NCBI GenBank assembly: GCA_030739855.1
Contig: JASLYJ010000006.1
Span: forward strand, 1-61,777
Origin: Alphaproteobacteria bacterium
Lineage (GTDB): Bacteria > Pseudomonadota > Alphaproteobacteria > UBA11136
Reading direction: 5' to 3'
Length of the DNA stretch: 61,777 nucleotides
The position numbers and the translations under genes are program-made. Within the stretch, counting starts at the first letter, position 1. Each line of letters begins with the position of its first letter. This document shows positions 43,161 through 56,470 of the stretch, piece by piece. The notes below the pieces were generated by a model. The model had not been told where the DNA came from. It did not search any database and saw only the letters and a program-made list of their open reading frames with translations.

Positions 43161-43311
43161 CAGCAGACTGAATAGCTGCCACATCAAGACCACGATAAAA
43201 TAACCGGAAGCGCAGCCTACCCTTGTTATCTTTTTGGGGTATGCCGACTCGGTTGGATAGGGCTCCAGGCCCTAAGATAAGAAAACCCGCAATCTAAGAA
43301 AGGTTCCTGCC

Positions 43312-43734
43312 ATGCCCAACGTAACCCTTTCGATGCCACTTCCCGTTTCCGCCAAACAGGTCTGGGATCTAATCGGTGGCTTCAACGCCTTGCCAAATTG
43401 GCATCCCATAGTCGAGCGCAGCGAGGTGGAAGAGGACAAACCCAATCGCACCACCACCCGCAAACTACATCTTGCAGGGGGTGGCACGGTGGTGGAGAGA
43501 CTGACTGAGCAGGACGACGACAAGAAAGTCTATTCCTACGAGATCCTCGAGAGCCCACTTCCGGTGAAGGGCTACAAAGCCACCATACGCGTGCGCGAGA
43601 GCGAAAACGGTAGCGAAGTGGAATGGTCAAGTGATTTTGAGGCGGAGGGCGCGTCTAACGACGACGCCGTTAAGGTCATCCAAGACATTTATAACACCGG
43701 CTTCCAGAACCTGAGAAAGATTTTCGGCGGCTAG
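43312..43734 (+). CDS. SRPBCC (polyketide cyclase/MxaD-like) family protein
   Basis: VWDLIGGFNALPNWHP, YSYEILESPLPVKGY and VEWSSDF. Confidence 0.85.
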   Translation: MPNVTLSMPLPVSAKQVWDLIGGFNALPNWHPIVERSEVEEDKPNRTTTRKLHLAGGGTVVERLTEQDDDKKVYSYEILESPLPVKGYKATIRVRESENGSEVEWSSDFEAEGASNDDAVKVIQDIYNTGFQNLRKIFGG

Positions 43735-43839
43735 GAAGCAGATTCTCACGCTGGTAATTCATAGAGCAGGATCGGAACGGAGTGGGAAAATTCCGTGGTC
43801 GGATTCCCGGTACATCGTTCTCCCTCTTAATCTAGATGT

Positions 43840-44934
43840 TTATTGCACCACGATTTTGGGGACCTGAGCCTCCTCTTCCGCTTCCAGGACCTGTACCTTT
43901 TCCCAGACCTGATCGGCCATGGCGTGGAAGGCTTTTGAATGGGGGTTTTCTGGGTCGGCAGCGGTGATGGGTTTGCCCACGTCACTGGCCTCACGGATGG
44001 TTATGTCGAGAGGAATTTCACCCAGGAAATCCGTTCCCATCTCTTTGGCGGTGGCTTTCGCGCCGCCATGGCTGAAGATGTTGGTGCGCTCGCCGCAATG
44101 GGGGCAGTTGAAATAGCTCATATTCTCGACAATTCCCAGCACTGGCACATCCACTTTGCGGAACATGTTGAGGCCCTTTCTGGCATCCAGCAGGGCGATG
44201 TCTTGGGGTGTGGATACGATGATCGCACCGGTGAGTGGAACCCTCTGGGCCATGGTGAGTTGGGCGTCGCCAGTTCCAGGCGGTAGGTCCACTACCAGAA
44301 TGTCCAACTCACCCCAATTTACGTCGCGCAACAGTTGTTCAATGGCGCTCATGACCATGGGGCCGCGCCAGATCATGGGTGTGTCCTCGGCTACTAGGAA
44401 ACCGATAGACATACATTTAAGCCCATAATTTTTCTTGGGTTCCAAGATATTGCCATCCTCGGATTTGGGGCGTCCGTGTATCCCCAGCATTTTCGGTATA
44501 GAAGGGCCGTAAATATCCGCGTCCAGCAGGCCCACCTTCAACCCTCTGGCGAGCAGTGCCAGGGCGAGGTTGATAGAAACGGTGGACTTGCCGACGCCGC
44601 CCTTACCCGAGGCCACGGCGATGATGGTACGCACATCAGGAATCAGTTCCTTTGTGGGGGGCTGGCGCTGTTGCTGTTGCTGGGAACGCTCGGCGGTGAG
44701 CACCGCCGTTACCGAGAGCACGCCGGGCAGGGCCGCCACAGCTTTTTCGGCGAGTTTACACACGGGCCCAAAGGCTTCGGCCTGTTCGGGCGTAATTTCG
44801 ATGGTGAAACCTACATTGCCGTTGCGAATAACCACACCTGAGACCAGCCCAAGGTCCACCAAATCATTGTCTCCGCCGGGGGCTGTGATTCCCGCAAGGG
44901 CGCCTCGAACCTGCTCTTCTGTGACCTCGGCCAT
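43840..44934 (-). CDS. apbC: Mrp/ApbC Fe-S cluster carrier ATPase
   Basis: SGKGGVGKST, DADIYGPS, WRGPM, DLPPGTGD and ENMSYFNCPHC. Confidence 0.95.
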   Translation of the reverse strand: MAEVTEEQVRGALAGITAPGGDNDLVDLGLVSGVVIRNGNVGFTIEITPEQAEAFGPVCKLAEKAVAALPGVLSVTAVLTAERSQQQQQRQPPTKELIPDVRTIIAVASGKGGVGKSTVSINLALALLARGLKVGLLDADIYGPSIPKMLGIHGRPKSEDGNILEPKKNYGLKCMSIGFLVAEDTPMIWRGPMVMSAIEQLLRDVNWGELDILVVDLPPGTGDAQLTMAQRVPLTGAIIVSTPQDIALLDARKGLNMFRKVDVPVLGIVENMSYFNCPHCGERTNIFSHGGAKATAKEMGTDFLGEIPLDITIREASDVGKPITAADPENPHSKAFHAMADQVWEKVQVLEAEEEAQVPKIVVQ

Positions 44935-44996
44935 GGGTTTCATTCTCCACGTATTTGCCGTAAGCTTACTTTTAAGAATATGATGCGCGCCCCCAA

Positions 44997-45022
44997 TTGA
45001 AATCGGGGCGTTAGTCTCATAT
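44997..45022 (+). promoter_or_regulatory. candidate RpoH-type promoter for hflKC-degP
   Basis: TTGAA at 44997 and CATAT at 45018 (TTG-N18-CATAT). Confidence 0.4.
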
Positions 45023-45153
45023 ATAGCTGATTACTAAGGATTCAAAGTCCTCGGTGCGATAGCGTTCCGGGGTGGCACCAGATCAGGTAGTTTTCCGGCC
45101 CGTGTGTCGTAACGGAAAAGGAACCTACTGAGAACTAAAGAGAGTCAGATCCT

Positions 45154-46275
45154 ATGCCGTGGAAGAATCAAGGAGGCGGTCCTGGTGGTGGAGGTTCTGG
45201 ACCCTGGGGAAGCCGGGGGTCGGGCGGGCCGCAGCCCCCCAATCTTGAGGATATCCTGCGTGAAAGCCAGGACAGATTTCGTAGTTTCCTACCCGGCGGC
45301 GGCGGCCTGCGTAACGTCCTGATCGTCCTTCTGATCGCTGTAGCGGCGTGGCTGTTCAGCGGTATTTACCGGGTAAACACCGATGAACAGGGCCTGGTTT
45401 TGCGTTTCGGTGAATGGGTGCGCACCACCCAGCCGGGATTGCATTATCACCTGCCCAGCCCCATCGAGACTGTGTTCACTCCAAAGGTGACGACGGTCAA
45501 CCGTATCGAGGTCGGATTTCGTTCTCCGCGACAGGGCAGAAAGCCCACCACCATCCGCCAGGTGTCGGAGGAAGGTCTGATGCTGACCGGGGACGAGAAT
45601 ATCGTAGATATAAATTTCACAGTGTTCTGGAGAATCAAGGATGCTGGCAAGTTCCTATTTAACATCCGCAATCCTGAATCCACGATAAAAAGCGTGGCCG
45701 AAAGCGCCATGCGCGACACCACCGGCCAGATGCCTATCGAACAAATTCTCGCCAAACGCCGTGGCGCTGTGGCAGGGGATACCAAGCGGCTATTGCAGGA
45801 AGTTCTCGACGAATATGGAACGGGTGTCGAAATCACGGAAATTCAGCTGCAAAAAGTGGATCCGCCAGAGCAAGTTATTGACGCCTTCCGCGACGTTCAG
45901 CGTGCCAAGGCAGACCAAGAACGCCTACGCAATAATGCAGAAGCCTATCGCAACGATATAATTCCCCGCGCCCGTGGTGAGGCCGCGCAGATTGTCCAGC
46001 AGGCCGAGGCCTACAAACGAGAGGTGGTGGCGCGAGCCGAGGGAGACGGCCAGCGTTTTCTGGCGGTTCATAAGGCCTATTCGAAAGCGAAGGACGTCAC
46101 CACAAAACGCATCTATCTTGAAACCCTGCAAGAGGTGTTCAGTAATATCAACAAGGTGCTGATCGATTCATCGGAGCACAACGCCTCTGGCGTAGTTCCC
46201 TATCTTCCTCTGCCGGAGCTTCAAAAGCGTCGCGCTGTCCCCGCCAAGGAAGCAGTCGAGGGGGGCGGGGAATGA
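45154..46275 (+). CDS. hflK: FtsH modulator HflK
   Basis: MPW…GPWG N-terminus, MLTGDENIVD and VIDAFRDVQRA. Confidence 0.96.
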   Translation: MPWKNQGGGPGGGGSGPWGSRGSGGPQPPNLEDILRESQDRFRSFLPGGGGLRNVLIVLLIAVAAWLFSGIYRVNTDEQGLVLRFGEWVRTTQPGLHYHLPSPIETVFTPKVTTVNRIEVGFRSPRQGRKPTTIRQVSEEGLMLTGDENIVDINFTVFWRIKDAGKFLFNIRNPESTIKSVAESAMRDTTGQMPIEQILAKRRGAVAGDTKRLLQEVLDEYGTGVEITEIQLQKVDPPEQVIDAFRDVQRAKADQERLRNNAEAYRNDIIPRARGEAAQIVQQAEAYKREVVARAEGDGQRFLAVHKAYSKAKDVTTKRIYLETLQEVFSNINKVLIDSSEHNASGVVPYLPLPELQKRRAVPAKEAVEGGGE

Positions 46276-47141
46276 CCAAAGGTCCCGTAATTTCCGGCCT
46301 TGTGATTCTGGCGTTAGCCTTTCTATCGTACAGTGCCCTGTTCACCATTAATCAGGCTGAGCAGGCGCTGGTGCTGCAGTTCGGCGATCCCAAGCGAGTC
46401 ATCACCGAACCCGGGCTAAAGATGAAGTTGCCCTTCATCCAGGAAGTGGCCCGTTACGACAAGCGGGTGCTTGACTACGATGCGCCAGCCGAAGAAGTGA
46501 TCGCTGAGGACCAGAAGCGATTGGTGGTGGATGTTTTCGTCCGTTACCGTATCACCGATCCTCTGAAGTTTCGTCAGACCGTTCGTAGGGAATTGCTTCT
46601 TCGCGACCGTCTGAAATCTATGACCAGTAACGCCATGCGTGGTGTCGTGGGCAAAGTGCAGATGCTTGACCTGCTCTCGGAGAAGCGTACTGGAATCATG
46701 CACGACATCAGGGATGTCATGAACGCGGAGGGCGGATCATTCGGTATCGAGGTAATTGATGTGCGAGCGCGTAGGGCCGATCTGCCCGAGGCCAACAGCG
46801 AGGCTATCTATAATCGTATGAAGAGTGAACGCGAACGCGAGGCTAAAGAGTTTCGCGCCCAAGGCGCCGAGGCTGCACAGCGTATCCGTTCGCTTGCCGA
46901 GCGCAACCGTACAGTGCTCCTGGCCGAAGCCCGCAAGACGGGGGAGATCTTGCGCGGTGAAGGCGATTCGCAGTCCATCAAGATATACGCTGAAGCCTTT
47001 GGCAAGGATGTGGATTTCTTTTCCTTTTACCGTTCCATGGAGGCTTATCGTAAATCACTGAGCGGGGATGGGACCACCATGGTGCTTTCGCCGGACAGCG
47101 AGTTCTTCCGTTATTTCAAGGAATTTTCTGGCAAGAAATAA
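46272..47141 (+). CDS. hflC: FtsH modulator HflC
   Basis: PGLKMKLPFIQ, DQKRLVVD, RMKSEREREA and FFSFYRSMEAY. Confidence 0.96.
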   Translation: MTKGPVISGLVILALAFLSYSALFTINQAEQALVLQFGDPKRVITEPGLKMKLPFIQEVARYDKRVLDYDAPAEEVIAEDQKRLVVDVFVRYRITDPLKFRQTVRRELLLRDRLKSMTSNAMRGVVGKVQMLDLLSEKRTGIMHDIRDVMNAEGGSFGIEVIDVRARRADLPEANSEAIYNRMKSEREREAKEFRAQGAEAAQRIRSLAERNRTVLLAEARKTGEILRGEGDSQSIKIYAEAFGKDVDFFSFYRSMEAYRKSLSGDGTTMVLSPDSEFFRYFKEFSGKK

Positions 47142-47247
47142 ATACGGTTCTTTCCTTGGGATGGTCCCAGTCACGCCTTTTCAGGAAGGCGCTTTTCGGT
47201 TATTCACCGGACAATTCCCCTAGGCCCCATAAGCTAGGTGTAAGGTG

Positions 47248-47433
47248 ATGCAGGATCTCTTCACAGCGCTGGCGCTAATTTTGGTGATCGAGGGCACCCT
47301 GTACACGCTTTTTCCTAATGGGATGAAACGCTTGATCACGGTGGCTCTTGATATTCCCATTGTGACGCTGCGCTGGGCGGGACTGGTCTCGGTAGTTGTG
47401 GGTGTAGTCTTGGTGTGGCTGTTGCGAGGGTAG
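47248..47433 (+). CDS. DUF2065 small membrane protein
   Basis: ALALILVIEGTLYTLFP motif; usual position after hflC. Confidence 0.85.
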   Translation: MQDLFTALALILVIEGTLYTLFPNGMKRLITVALDIPIVTLRWAGLVSVVVGVVLVWLLRG

Positions 47434-47532
47434 GTTCCGCCCGGCTTTCGGGACTATTGGTAAAAGGCAACCCGTGCCATATTTGCACCATATTTATCCG
47501 CCACATGATGCCTTTAATGGGGATAAAAAAGT

Positions 47533-49077
47533 ATGCAAACTAGGAGAAGCCACGTGAAAGGCATAAATACGAGCATGAATTCCATCAACGGAATCACGAG
47601 CCGCGGCCTGATAACTCGGCGCAGATCAAGGCACTATTCTCCATTGACCTCAGCGGTTTTCACGATCGTTTGTGTTGTGTTGTGGTCGGCGGCGGCGATG
47701 GCCCGCGCCGCGCCCGAGAGCTTTGCTGATCTGGCGGAGGAATTCTCGCCGGCGGTGGTCAACGTTTCCAGCACCCAGATGATCGAAGGCGGCGGCGGGC
47801 TGGAGCCCTTTCAGTTTCCTCCCGGCTCGCCCTTCGAGGAATTCTTCCGTGAATTCCGCAAGCGCCAGCAACCCGACCAGCCGCGCAGGGGCATGTCGCT
47901 GGGATCGGGATTCATCATCGACCCGGATGGATATATCGTCACCAACAATCACGTCATCTCCGAGGCCGAGGAAATCACGGTTATCCTTCAGGACAATACG
48001 GAACTCAAGGCCGAGATCGTCGGCCGCGACGCTAAGACCGACCTTGCCCTTCTCAAGGTGGAGGCGAAGAAGAAGCTTTCCGCCATCAAGTGGGGTGATT
48101 CCGATACCGCCCGCGTCGGTGACTGGGTGATGGCCATCGGCAATCCGTTCGGACTGGGCGGTTCGGTGACCGCTGGCATCATCTCGGCGCGCGCCCGTGA
48201 CATCCGATCCGGCCCCTATGATGATTTTATCCAGACCGATGCTTCCATCAACCGTGGCAATTCGGGCGGCCCCCTGTTCAACATGAAGGGCAAGGTGATC
48301 GGCATTAATACCGCCATTTTCTCGCCCTCGGGTGGCAGCGTGGGTATCGGCTTCGCCATTCCATCCGCATTGGCGCAGACGGTGGTTGCCCAGCTTCGCG
48401 AGTTCGGCCAGACTCGCCGCGGGTGGCTGGGCGTGCGTATCCAGGGTGTTACCGAGGAAATCGCCGAAAGCCTCGGCCTCGATGAGCCCGAAGGAGCCCT
48501 TATAGCTAATGTTAATGAGAGTGAACCGGCGCACAAGGCCGGGCTCATGGCCGGGGACGTGATTCTCAGCTTCGACGGCAAGGAGGTGCCCAATGTGCGC
48601 CGCCTGCAGCGCATTGTCGCCGAGACGCCAATTGGCAAGACCGTGAAAATCACGGTCTGGCGTGACGAGGGAGAAAAGACCTTCGACGTCAGCGTCGGCC
48701 AGCTTGAGGAATTCGAGAAAACGGCTGAAACCTCTTCTGGAAAGCCCGGTGGCGGCAAGGGCACCAAAAAGGTGGTCATAAAATCGGTGGGACTGACTCT
48801 GTCAGGCCTTACCCCTGGATTGCGGAGCCGTTTTGATCTTTCCGAAGAGCACCAGGGCGTCCTCGTGGTGGGCGTTGATGAACAGGGCTTTGCCTCAGAA
48901 CGGGGCATGCGCGCGGGGGACCTGATTTTGGAAGTTAGTCAAGAGCCCGTGACTACACCTGAAGAGGTGGTTGCGAAGATCGAGGATTTGATTTTAAAGA
49001 AACGAAAAGCTGTACTCTTCCTTATGGAACGAGGTGGCGACAGACGCTTCATCAGTGTTCCTCTGGCGGAGGACTGA
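47533..49077 (+). CDS. degP: DegP/DegQ (HtrA) serine protease with two PDZ domains
   Basis: GSGFII, VTNNHV, DLALLK and QTDASINRGNSGGPL. The true start is probably downstream of 47533. Confidence 0.93.
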   Translation: MQTRRSHVKGINTSMNSINGITSRGLITRRRSRHYSPLTSAVFTIVCVVLWSAAAMARAAPESFADLAEEFSPAVVNVSSTQMIEGGGGLEPFQFPPGSPFEEFFREFRKRQQPDQPRRGMSLGSGFIIDPDGYIVTNNHVISEAEEITVILQDNTELKAEIVGRDAKTDLALLKVEAKKKLSAIKWGDSDTARVGDWVMAIGNPFGLGGSVTAGIISARARDIRSGPYDDFIQTDASINRGNSGGPLFNMKGKVIGINTAIFSPSGGSVGIGFAIPSALAQTVVAQLREFGQTRRGWLGVRIQGVTEEIAESLGLDEPEGALIANVNESEPAHKAGLMAGDVILSFDGKEVPNVRRLQRIVAETPIGKTVKITVWRDEGEKTFDVSVGQLEEFEKTAETSSGKPGGGKGTKKVVIKSVGLTLSGLTPGLRSRFDLSEEHQGVLVVGVDEQGFASERGMRAGDLILEVSQEPVTTPEEVVAKIEDLILKKRKAVLFLMERGGDRRFISVPLAED

Positions 49078-49138
49078 TTCCCCCGACTTATGGATTTTCG
49101 GTTTTGGAAGCATCCGGATATGATTCTTTTTCTGATTC

Positions 49139-49171
49139 AAAGCAGCGCCATTTTTACGGCGCTGTTTTTTT
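49139..49171 (+). terminator. intrinsic terminator after degP
   Basis: CAGCGCC-N8-GGCGCTG stem followed by T7. Confidence 0.7.
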
Positions 49172-49264
49172 ATTCTGGCTCTCTATCCCGGGCGTCTATT
49201 GGGAGGGATTGGGTGTCTCCGCCACTATGGGTTTTCCCGTGAATAGTGGTAGGTGGGGGGGGCT

Positions 49265-50239
49265 ATGAATACTTCTCTCGTCATCATCTCAGGTCCCACG
49301 GCAAGTGGTAAATCCGACCTTGCCCTGGCTGTAGCTGAAAAGCTCGATGGCACTATCATAAATGCCGACAGTATGCAGGTATACCGTGATCTTGCCATTC
49401 TCACCAACCGCCCTAGCGTGTCCGAGACGGTTCGTGCCGTCCACCAGCTTTATGGCATCCTCGACGGCGCTTCCATCTGTTCGGCCGCACGCTGGCGGAA
49501 AATGGCACTGAAAGAAATTTTCGCCGCGGCGAAACAAGGGCGCTTGCCGATCTGCGTTGGCGGCACCGGTCTCTACCTGCGTACTCTGATACAGGGGCTG
49601 GCAGCCATTCCAGATATTCCAGAATCGGTGCGCCGCGCGGCCCGCGCACGTCACGAGGAACTGGGGGGCAAAGCTTTTCACGCGGAACTAGCGGCCCGCG
49701 ATCCGGGGACGGTGGAGCGGTTGCACATGAACGATCGTCAGCGCCTGATCCGCGCTTGGGAGGTGTTGGAGGCCACAGGGCAGGGTTTGAGCGAATGGCA
49801 GAAACAAGGCACCCCACATGAAGGGCTGGCGGCAGCGGGGGTGCGGCTGGCCATGATTGTCCTCATGCCGCCCCGCGAGGCGCTCTACGGGGCCTGCGAC
49901 ACACGCTTTCACCGGATGATGGAAGACGGCCTTCTGGACGAGGTGCGGGCCCTAGACACACGCGGGCTCGATCCCTCGCTTCCCATCATGAAAGCCGTAG
50001 GGTTGCGGGAATTACTTCGTTATTGCCATGGCGAAACCAGCCTGGAAGAGGCTGTTTTTAGGGCGCAGCTGGTTACCAGGCGCTATGCTAAACGGCAGAT
50101 GACATGGCTCCGCCACCAGCTCGATAGTGGGGAAATGGAAAGCATGGTGATCGAGGCGCTATACGAAAACATCCAACTGCCAGAAGTCTTTTCCTTTCTG
50201 GACCGCTTTTTATTGACCTCAGGGGGGCGAAAAGTCTAG
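49265..50239 (+). CDS. miaA: tRNA dimethylallyltransferase
   Basis: GPTASGKS, INADSMQVY, VGGTGLY and TRRYAKRQMTW. Confidence 0.96.
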   Translation: MNTSLVIISGPTASGKSDLALAVAEKLDGTIINADSMQVYRDLAILTNRPSVSETVRAVHQLYGILDGASICSAARWRKMALKEIFAAAKQGRLPICVGGTGLYLRTLIQGLAAIPDIPESVRRAARARHEELGGKAFHAELAARDPGTVERLHMNDRQRLIRAWEVLEATGQGLSEWQKQGTPHEGLAAAGVRLAMIVLMPPREALYGACDTRFHRMMEDGLLDEVRALDTRGLDPSLPIMKAVGLRELLRYCHGETSLEEAVFRAQLVTRRYAKRQMTWLRHQLDSGEMESMVIEALYENIQLPEVFSFLDRFLLTSGGRKV

Positions 50240-50377
50240 TTTTTCGCCGCTCTACGGGGAATTCTCCTCTTTCTTGGGCTGGTCTCTCAGCATATGCTTA
50301 TGAGGAACTACAAAGGCTGTGCGGGAGCGTGGTGCTGTCCCACACAATAAGCAGGCTGCAGGAAGAAGGAACAAACA

Positions 50378-52135
50378 ATGGCGATTGCCAAATTAACCGG
50401 CGCTGGAATCGTTCTCAAGGTGCTGCGTGATCAGGACGTGGAAGTCATTTTCGGCTATCCTGGTGGCGCCGTGCTGCCCCTGTATGATGAACTGTTCAAG
50501 CAGAACAAGATTCGTCATATCCTGGTGCGCCACGAACAAGGCGCGGTCCACGCGGCAGAGGGATATGCCCGCTCCACTGGTAAGGTCGGCGTGGTGCTGG
50601 TGACGTCAGGACCCGGCGCCACCAATGCTGTAACCGGTCTTGCCGACGCTATGATGGACTCCATTCCTATCGTCTTCCTCAGTGGCCAGGTCCCCACTCA
50701 CATGATTGGTAACGATGCCTTTCAGGAGGCTGATACGGTGGGGATCACCAGACCCTGTACCAAGCAAAATTATCTTGTAAAGGATGTGGCCGATCTCGCC
50801 AACACTATGCACGAGGCATTCTTTGTGGCGCGCAGCGGTCGCCCTGGTCCAGTAGGTGTGGATATCCCTAAGGACGTCCAATTCGCCAAGGCGCTATACG
50901 TGGCCAAGCACACAGTGAGCCGCAAGAGCTACCAGCCCCAGGTGCGGCCGGAACTGGCACATATCAAACAAGCGGTGGAGATTCTGGCCACGGCCAAGCG
51001 TCCCATTTTCTACGCCGGTGGTGGGGTGGTCAATTCCGGCCCCGCAGCTTCCAGGGCGCTGACCGAGCTACTGCACCTGACCGGTTATCCCTGTACCGTG
51101 ACTCTGATGGGGCTGGGGTGCTTCCCTACCACCGATAAGCAATATCTCGGTATGCTTGGTATGCACGGCACTTACGAGGCTAACCTCGCTATGCACGGTT
51201 GCGATGTAATGGTGGCTGTAGGCTCGCGCTTCGACGACCGGGTAACGGGGCGACTTGCCGATTTTGCGCCCAAATCTAAGATTATCCATATCGATATCGA
51301 TCCCTCCTCCATCAACAAGAACGTGGTGGTGGACCTACCCATCGTGGGAGATGTAGGAGCTGTGCTACGCGGCCTGGTGCGAGAATGGAAGGCGCAGAAG
51401 GCGAAACCAAACGCCAAGGCCCTGAAATCCTGGTGGCAGACCATTGACAAATGGCGGGCCCGTAACTGCCTCAGTTATAAGCAGTCCAAAAAGCTCATCA
51501 AACCGCAATACGCGCTGGAGCGCCTGCGCGAGCTGACGCGCAAAAGGGACGTCTATTTCACAACCGAGGTAGGCCAGCATCAAATGTGGGCGGCACAGTT
51601 CCTTGAGTTAACCAAGCCCAACCACTGGATGACGTCGGGCGGGCTTGGTACCATGGGTTACGGCCTGCCGGCAGCCATGGGCGTCCAAATCGCACATCCA
51701 AAATCGCTTGTCATTGATGTGGCCGGCGAGGCCTCAATCATGATGAACATTCAGGAGATGTCCACCATCATGCAGTACCGGCTACCGGTGAAAGTGTTTA
51801 TACTCAACAACCACTACATGGGAATGGTTCGCCAGTGGCAGGAACTCTTGCATGGTGGGCGCTATTCGGAGTCCTATATGGAATCCCTTCCCGACTTTGT
51901 TAAACTGGCGGATTCCTTCGGCGCGCTGGGCCTACGGGCTACCAAGCCCGAGGAGGTGGATGATCTTATCCGTGAGATGATTAAGGAGGATCGCGCGGTT
52001 ATCGCCGATGTGTGCATTGACCCCAATGAGAACTGTTTTCCCATGATTCCCTCGGGTGCTGCACATAACGAGATTCTTTTTGCCCCTGGCGGCGGGGAAG
52101 AGAATGGAAAGGAAGACGGCATGGTTCTGGTATAG
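50378..52135 (+). CDS. ilvI: acetolactate synthase large subunit
   Basis: [31 protein letters not shown] and GMVRQWQ. Confidence 0.95.
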   Translation: MAIAKLTGAGIVLKVLRDQDVEVIFGYPGGAVLPLYDELFKQNKIRHILVRHEQGAVHAAEGYARSTGKVGVVLVTSGPGATNAVTGLADAMMDSIPIVFLSGQVPTHMIGNDAFQEADTVGITRPCTKQNYLVKDVADLANTMHEAFFVARSGRPGPVGVDIPKDVQFAKALYVAKHTVSRKSYQPQVRPELAHIKQAVEILATAKRPIFYAGGGVVNSGPAASRALTELLHLTGYPCTVTLMGLGCFPTTDKQYLGMLGMHGTYEANLAMHGCDVMVAVGSRFDDRVTGRLADFAPKSKIIHIDIDPSSINKNVVVDLPIVGDVGAVLRGLVREWKAQKAKPNAKALKSWWQTIDKWRARNCLSYKQSKKLIKPQYALERLRELTRKRDVYFTTEVGQHQMWAAQFLELTKPNHWMTSGGLGTMGYGLPAAMGVQIAHPKSLVIDVAGEASIMMNIQEMSTIMQYRLPVKVFILNNHYMGMVRQWQELLHGGRYSESYMESLPDFVKLADSFGALGLRATKPEEVDDLIREMIKEDRAVIADVCIDPNENCFPMIPSGAAHNEILFAPGGGEENGKEDGMVLV

Positions 52136-52184
52136 GCCTGGTCTCCAGACTGGATTCGGGACCTTTTAAGCGGAGAACAAGGAA

Positions 52185-52700
52185 GTGACTGAAGCAAAAG
52201 AAGATATCAATAAGCACGTCATCGCCGTCCTCGTAGACAATGAGCCTGGTGTTCTGGCTCGTGTGGTGGGCCTGTTTTCGGGGCGTGGCTATAATATCGA
52301 GAGCCTGACCGTGTCCGAGGTGGACCCGGTGGAGATCCTTTCGCGTATTACCATCGTGACCTCAGGAACGGCCATGATCATTGAGCAGATCAAGGCCCAA
52401 CTTGGACGTCTGGTGCCGGTGCATCGGGTTGCCGATCTTACTCTGGAGGGAGACAGCGTGGAACGGGAACTGGCCCTGGTGAAAGTCAAGGGTGGCGGCG
52501 AAAAACGTGTTGAAGCTCTGCGTATCGCCGATATTTTCCGCGCCCGCGTGGTGGATAGCACCACCCGCTCTTTTGTTTTTGAGATGACGGGCTCTAGCGA
52601 CAAGATTGAAGCTTTTATAGATCTCATGACCCCCTTGGGCCTTGTGGATGCCTGCCGCACTGGCGTAGTGGCTATTGCGCGCGGTCCAGAGCCTCTGTAA
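52185..52700 (+). CDS. ilvH: acetolactate synthase small subunit
   Basis: NEPGVLARVVGLFSGRGYNIESL and ERELALVKV. Confidence 0.95.
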   Translation: MTEAKEDINKHVIAVLVDNEPGVLARVVGLFSGRGYNIESLTVSEVDPVEILSRITIVTSGTAMIIEQIKAQLGRLVPVHRVADLTLEGDSVERELALVKVKGGGEKRVEALRIADIFRARVVDSTTRSFVFEMTGSSDKIEAFIDLMTPLGLVDACRTGVVAIARGPEPL

Positions 52701-52754
52701 GTAACTATTCACCGGCACCAGAAGCGCAAAAAAACAAAATGGAATTGGATGTGA

Positions 52755-53786
<1,032 letters not shown>

Positions 53787-53803
53787 GCTTGTAGATTTCA
53801 ACT

Positions 53804-55357
53804 ATGAATATAAAGCCGGATAACAACAGAGTCGTCATATTCGACACCACATTGCGTGATGGCGAACAATCGCCTGGCGCCTCTATGACCTTGGAAGAAA
53901 AACTGCGCATCGCTACCACGCTAGAAGAACTGGGCGTGGATGTGATTGAGGCCGGATTCCCGTTCGCCTCCAAGGGTGATTTCGAGGCGGTGCAGAGTGT
54001 TGCCAAACATTTGAAAACTACTACCGTCTGCGGTCTGGCGCGGGCTACCCGCGGCGATATAAAGCGCGCAGCCGAAGCCTTGAAACCCTCGGACAATAGG
54101 CGCATCCACACCTTCATTTCCACCAGTCCACTGCATATGAAGCACAAGCTGAAGATGGAACCAGACGACGTGCATCAGGCGGTCATTGACAGCGTTACCT
54201 ACGCACGCACTTTCACCGATAATGTGGAATGGTCGTGTGAGGACGCCACCAGGTCCGATCACGACTTTCTATGCCGCTGCATTGAATCGGCCATTGATGC
54301 TGGTGCCGGCACAATTAACATTCCCGACACTGTGGGCTACACCCTGCCTATGGAGTTCAGTAGGCTTATCTCCATGCTGTTCGACCGCGTAACCAACATA
54401 GACAAGGCTGTCATTTCCGTACACTGCCACAACGACCTGGGGCTGGCGGTAGCCAATTCCCTGGCCGCAGTAGACGCCGGCGCCCGCCAGGTGGAATGCA
54501 CTATAAACGGCCTGGGCGAGCGTGCTGGGAACGCCGCCATGGAGGAAATTGTCATGACTCTGCGCACTCGCCATGACATCCTGCCCCTAGCCACCGGAAT
54601 CAACACTGGGCTGATCACGCGGGCTTCACATTTGGTCTCCACCATTACCGGTTTCGTGGTTCAGCCCAACAAGGCCATCGTCGGCACTAACGCTTTCGCC
54701 CATGAGGCTGGGATTCATCAGGACGGCATGCTCAAACATGCCGGCACCTATGAAATCATGACGCCAGAATCCGTAGGGCTGACCAAGTCGAAGCTGGTCT
54801 TGGGTAAGCATTCTGGCCGCCATGCTTTCGTGGAGAAGCTGAAAGAATTGGGCTTTGACTTGGACGATAGTGTCGCGGAAGAGGTCTTTGTCCGCTTCAA
54901 GGAGTTGGCTGACCGTAAGAAAGATATCTTTGAAGAAGACATCATCGCTCTGGTGGATGATCAGGTAGCGCGCGGCGACCAGCGCATCGAATTCGTCTCA
55001 TTACATGTTATCTGTGGGTCCACCGGCCCCCAGAGGGCGACGTTGGAACTGGAAATCGACGGTGAAGTCAAGTCCGCCGAGGCTACTGGCGATGGCCCCG
55101 TGGACGCCACCTTCCAGGCTATTCACAAACTATTCCCTCACGATGCGGTGCTGCAGCTCTATCAGGTGCATGCTGTGACCGAGGGTACTGACGCCCAAGC
55201 CGAGGTAACGGTACGGCTTGAAGAAAACGGCAAATCGGTCAACGGCCAGGGTGCGGACGTAGATACCATGGTGGCCTCGGCGCGGGCCTACGTGAGAGCG
55301 CTCAACAAACTTATCGTTAAGCGTGAAAAGTCTGCTCCGGCGGCGCTTTCCGCTTGA
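53804..55357 (+). CDS. leuA: 2-isopropylmalate synthase
   Basis: DTTLRDGEQ, HCHNDLGLA, GERAGN, HEAGIHQDG and LGKHSGRH. Confidence 0.97.
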   Translation: MNIKPDNNRVVIFDTTLRDGEQSPGASMTLEEKLRIATTLEELGVDVIEAGFPFASKGDFEAVQSVAKHLKTTTVCGLARATRGDIKRAAEALKPSDNRRIHTFISTSPLHMKHKLKMEPDDVHQAVIDSVTYARTFTDNVEWSCEDATRSDHDFLCRCIESAIDAGAGTINIPDTVGYTLPMEFSRLISMLFDRVTNIDKAVISVHCHNDLGLAVANSLAAVDAGARQVECTINGLGERAGNAAMEEIVMTLRTRHDILPLATGINTGLITRASHLVSTITGFVVQPNKAIVGTNAFAHEAGIHQDGMLKHAGTYEIMTPESVGLTKSKLVLGKHSGRHAFVEKLKELGFDLDDSVAEEVFVRFKELADRKKDIFEEDIIALVDDQVARGDQRIEFVSLHVICGSTGPQRATLELEIDGEVKSAEATGDGPVDATFQAIHKLFPHDAVLQLYQVHAVTEGTDAQAEVTVRLEENGKSVNGQGADVDTMVASARAYVRALNKLIVKREKSAPAALSA

Positions 55358-55423
55358 ACCTGCTGGGAATGGATGGCTTTGTGGTGATACATTCGTGACG
55401 GCAGAATCTGGAAAATGAGGTAG

Positions 55424-56470
<1,047 letters not shown>

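Noticed and set aside
43200-43260. Imperfect hairpin between thyX and the SRPBCC gene as a possible sRNA or riboswitch
   Set aside because: The pairing is interrupted and I recognise no conserved motif.
50240-50377. ilvIH leader-peptide attenuator
   Set aside because: The only short ORF I found (MLMRNYKGCAGAWCCPTQ) is not Ile/Leu/Val-rich, and no hairpin is followed by a U tract.
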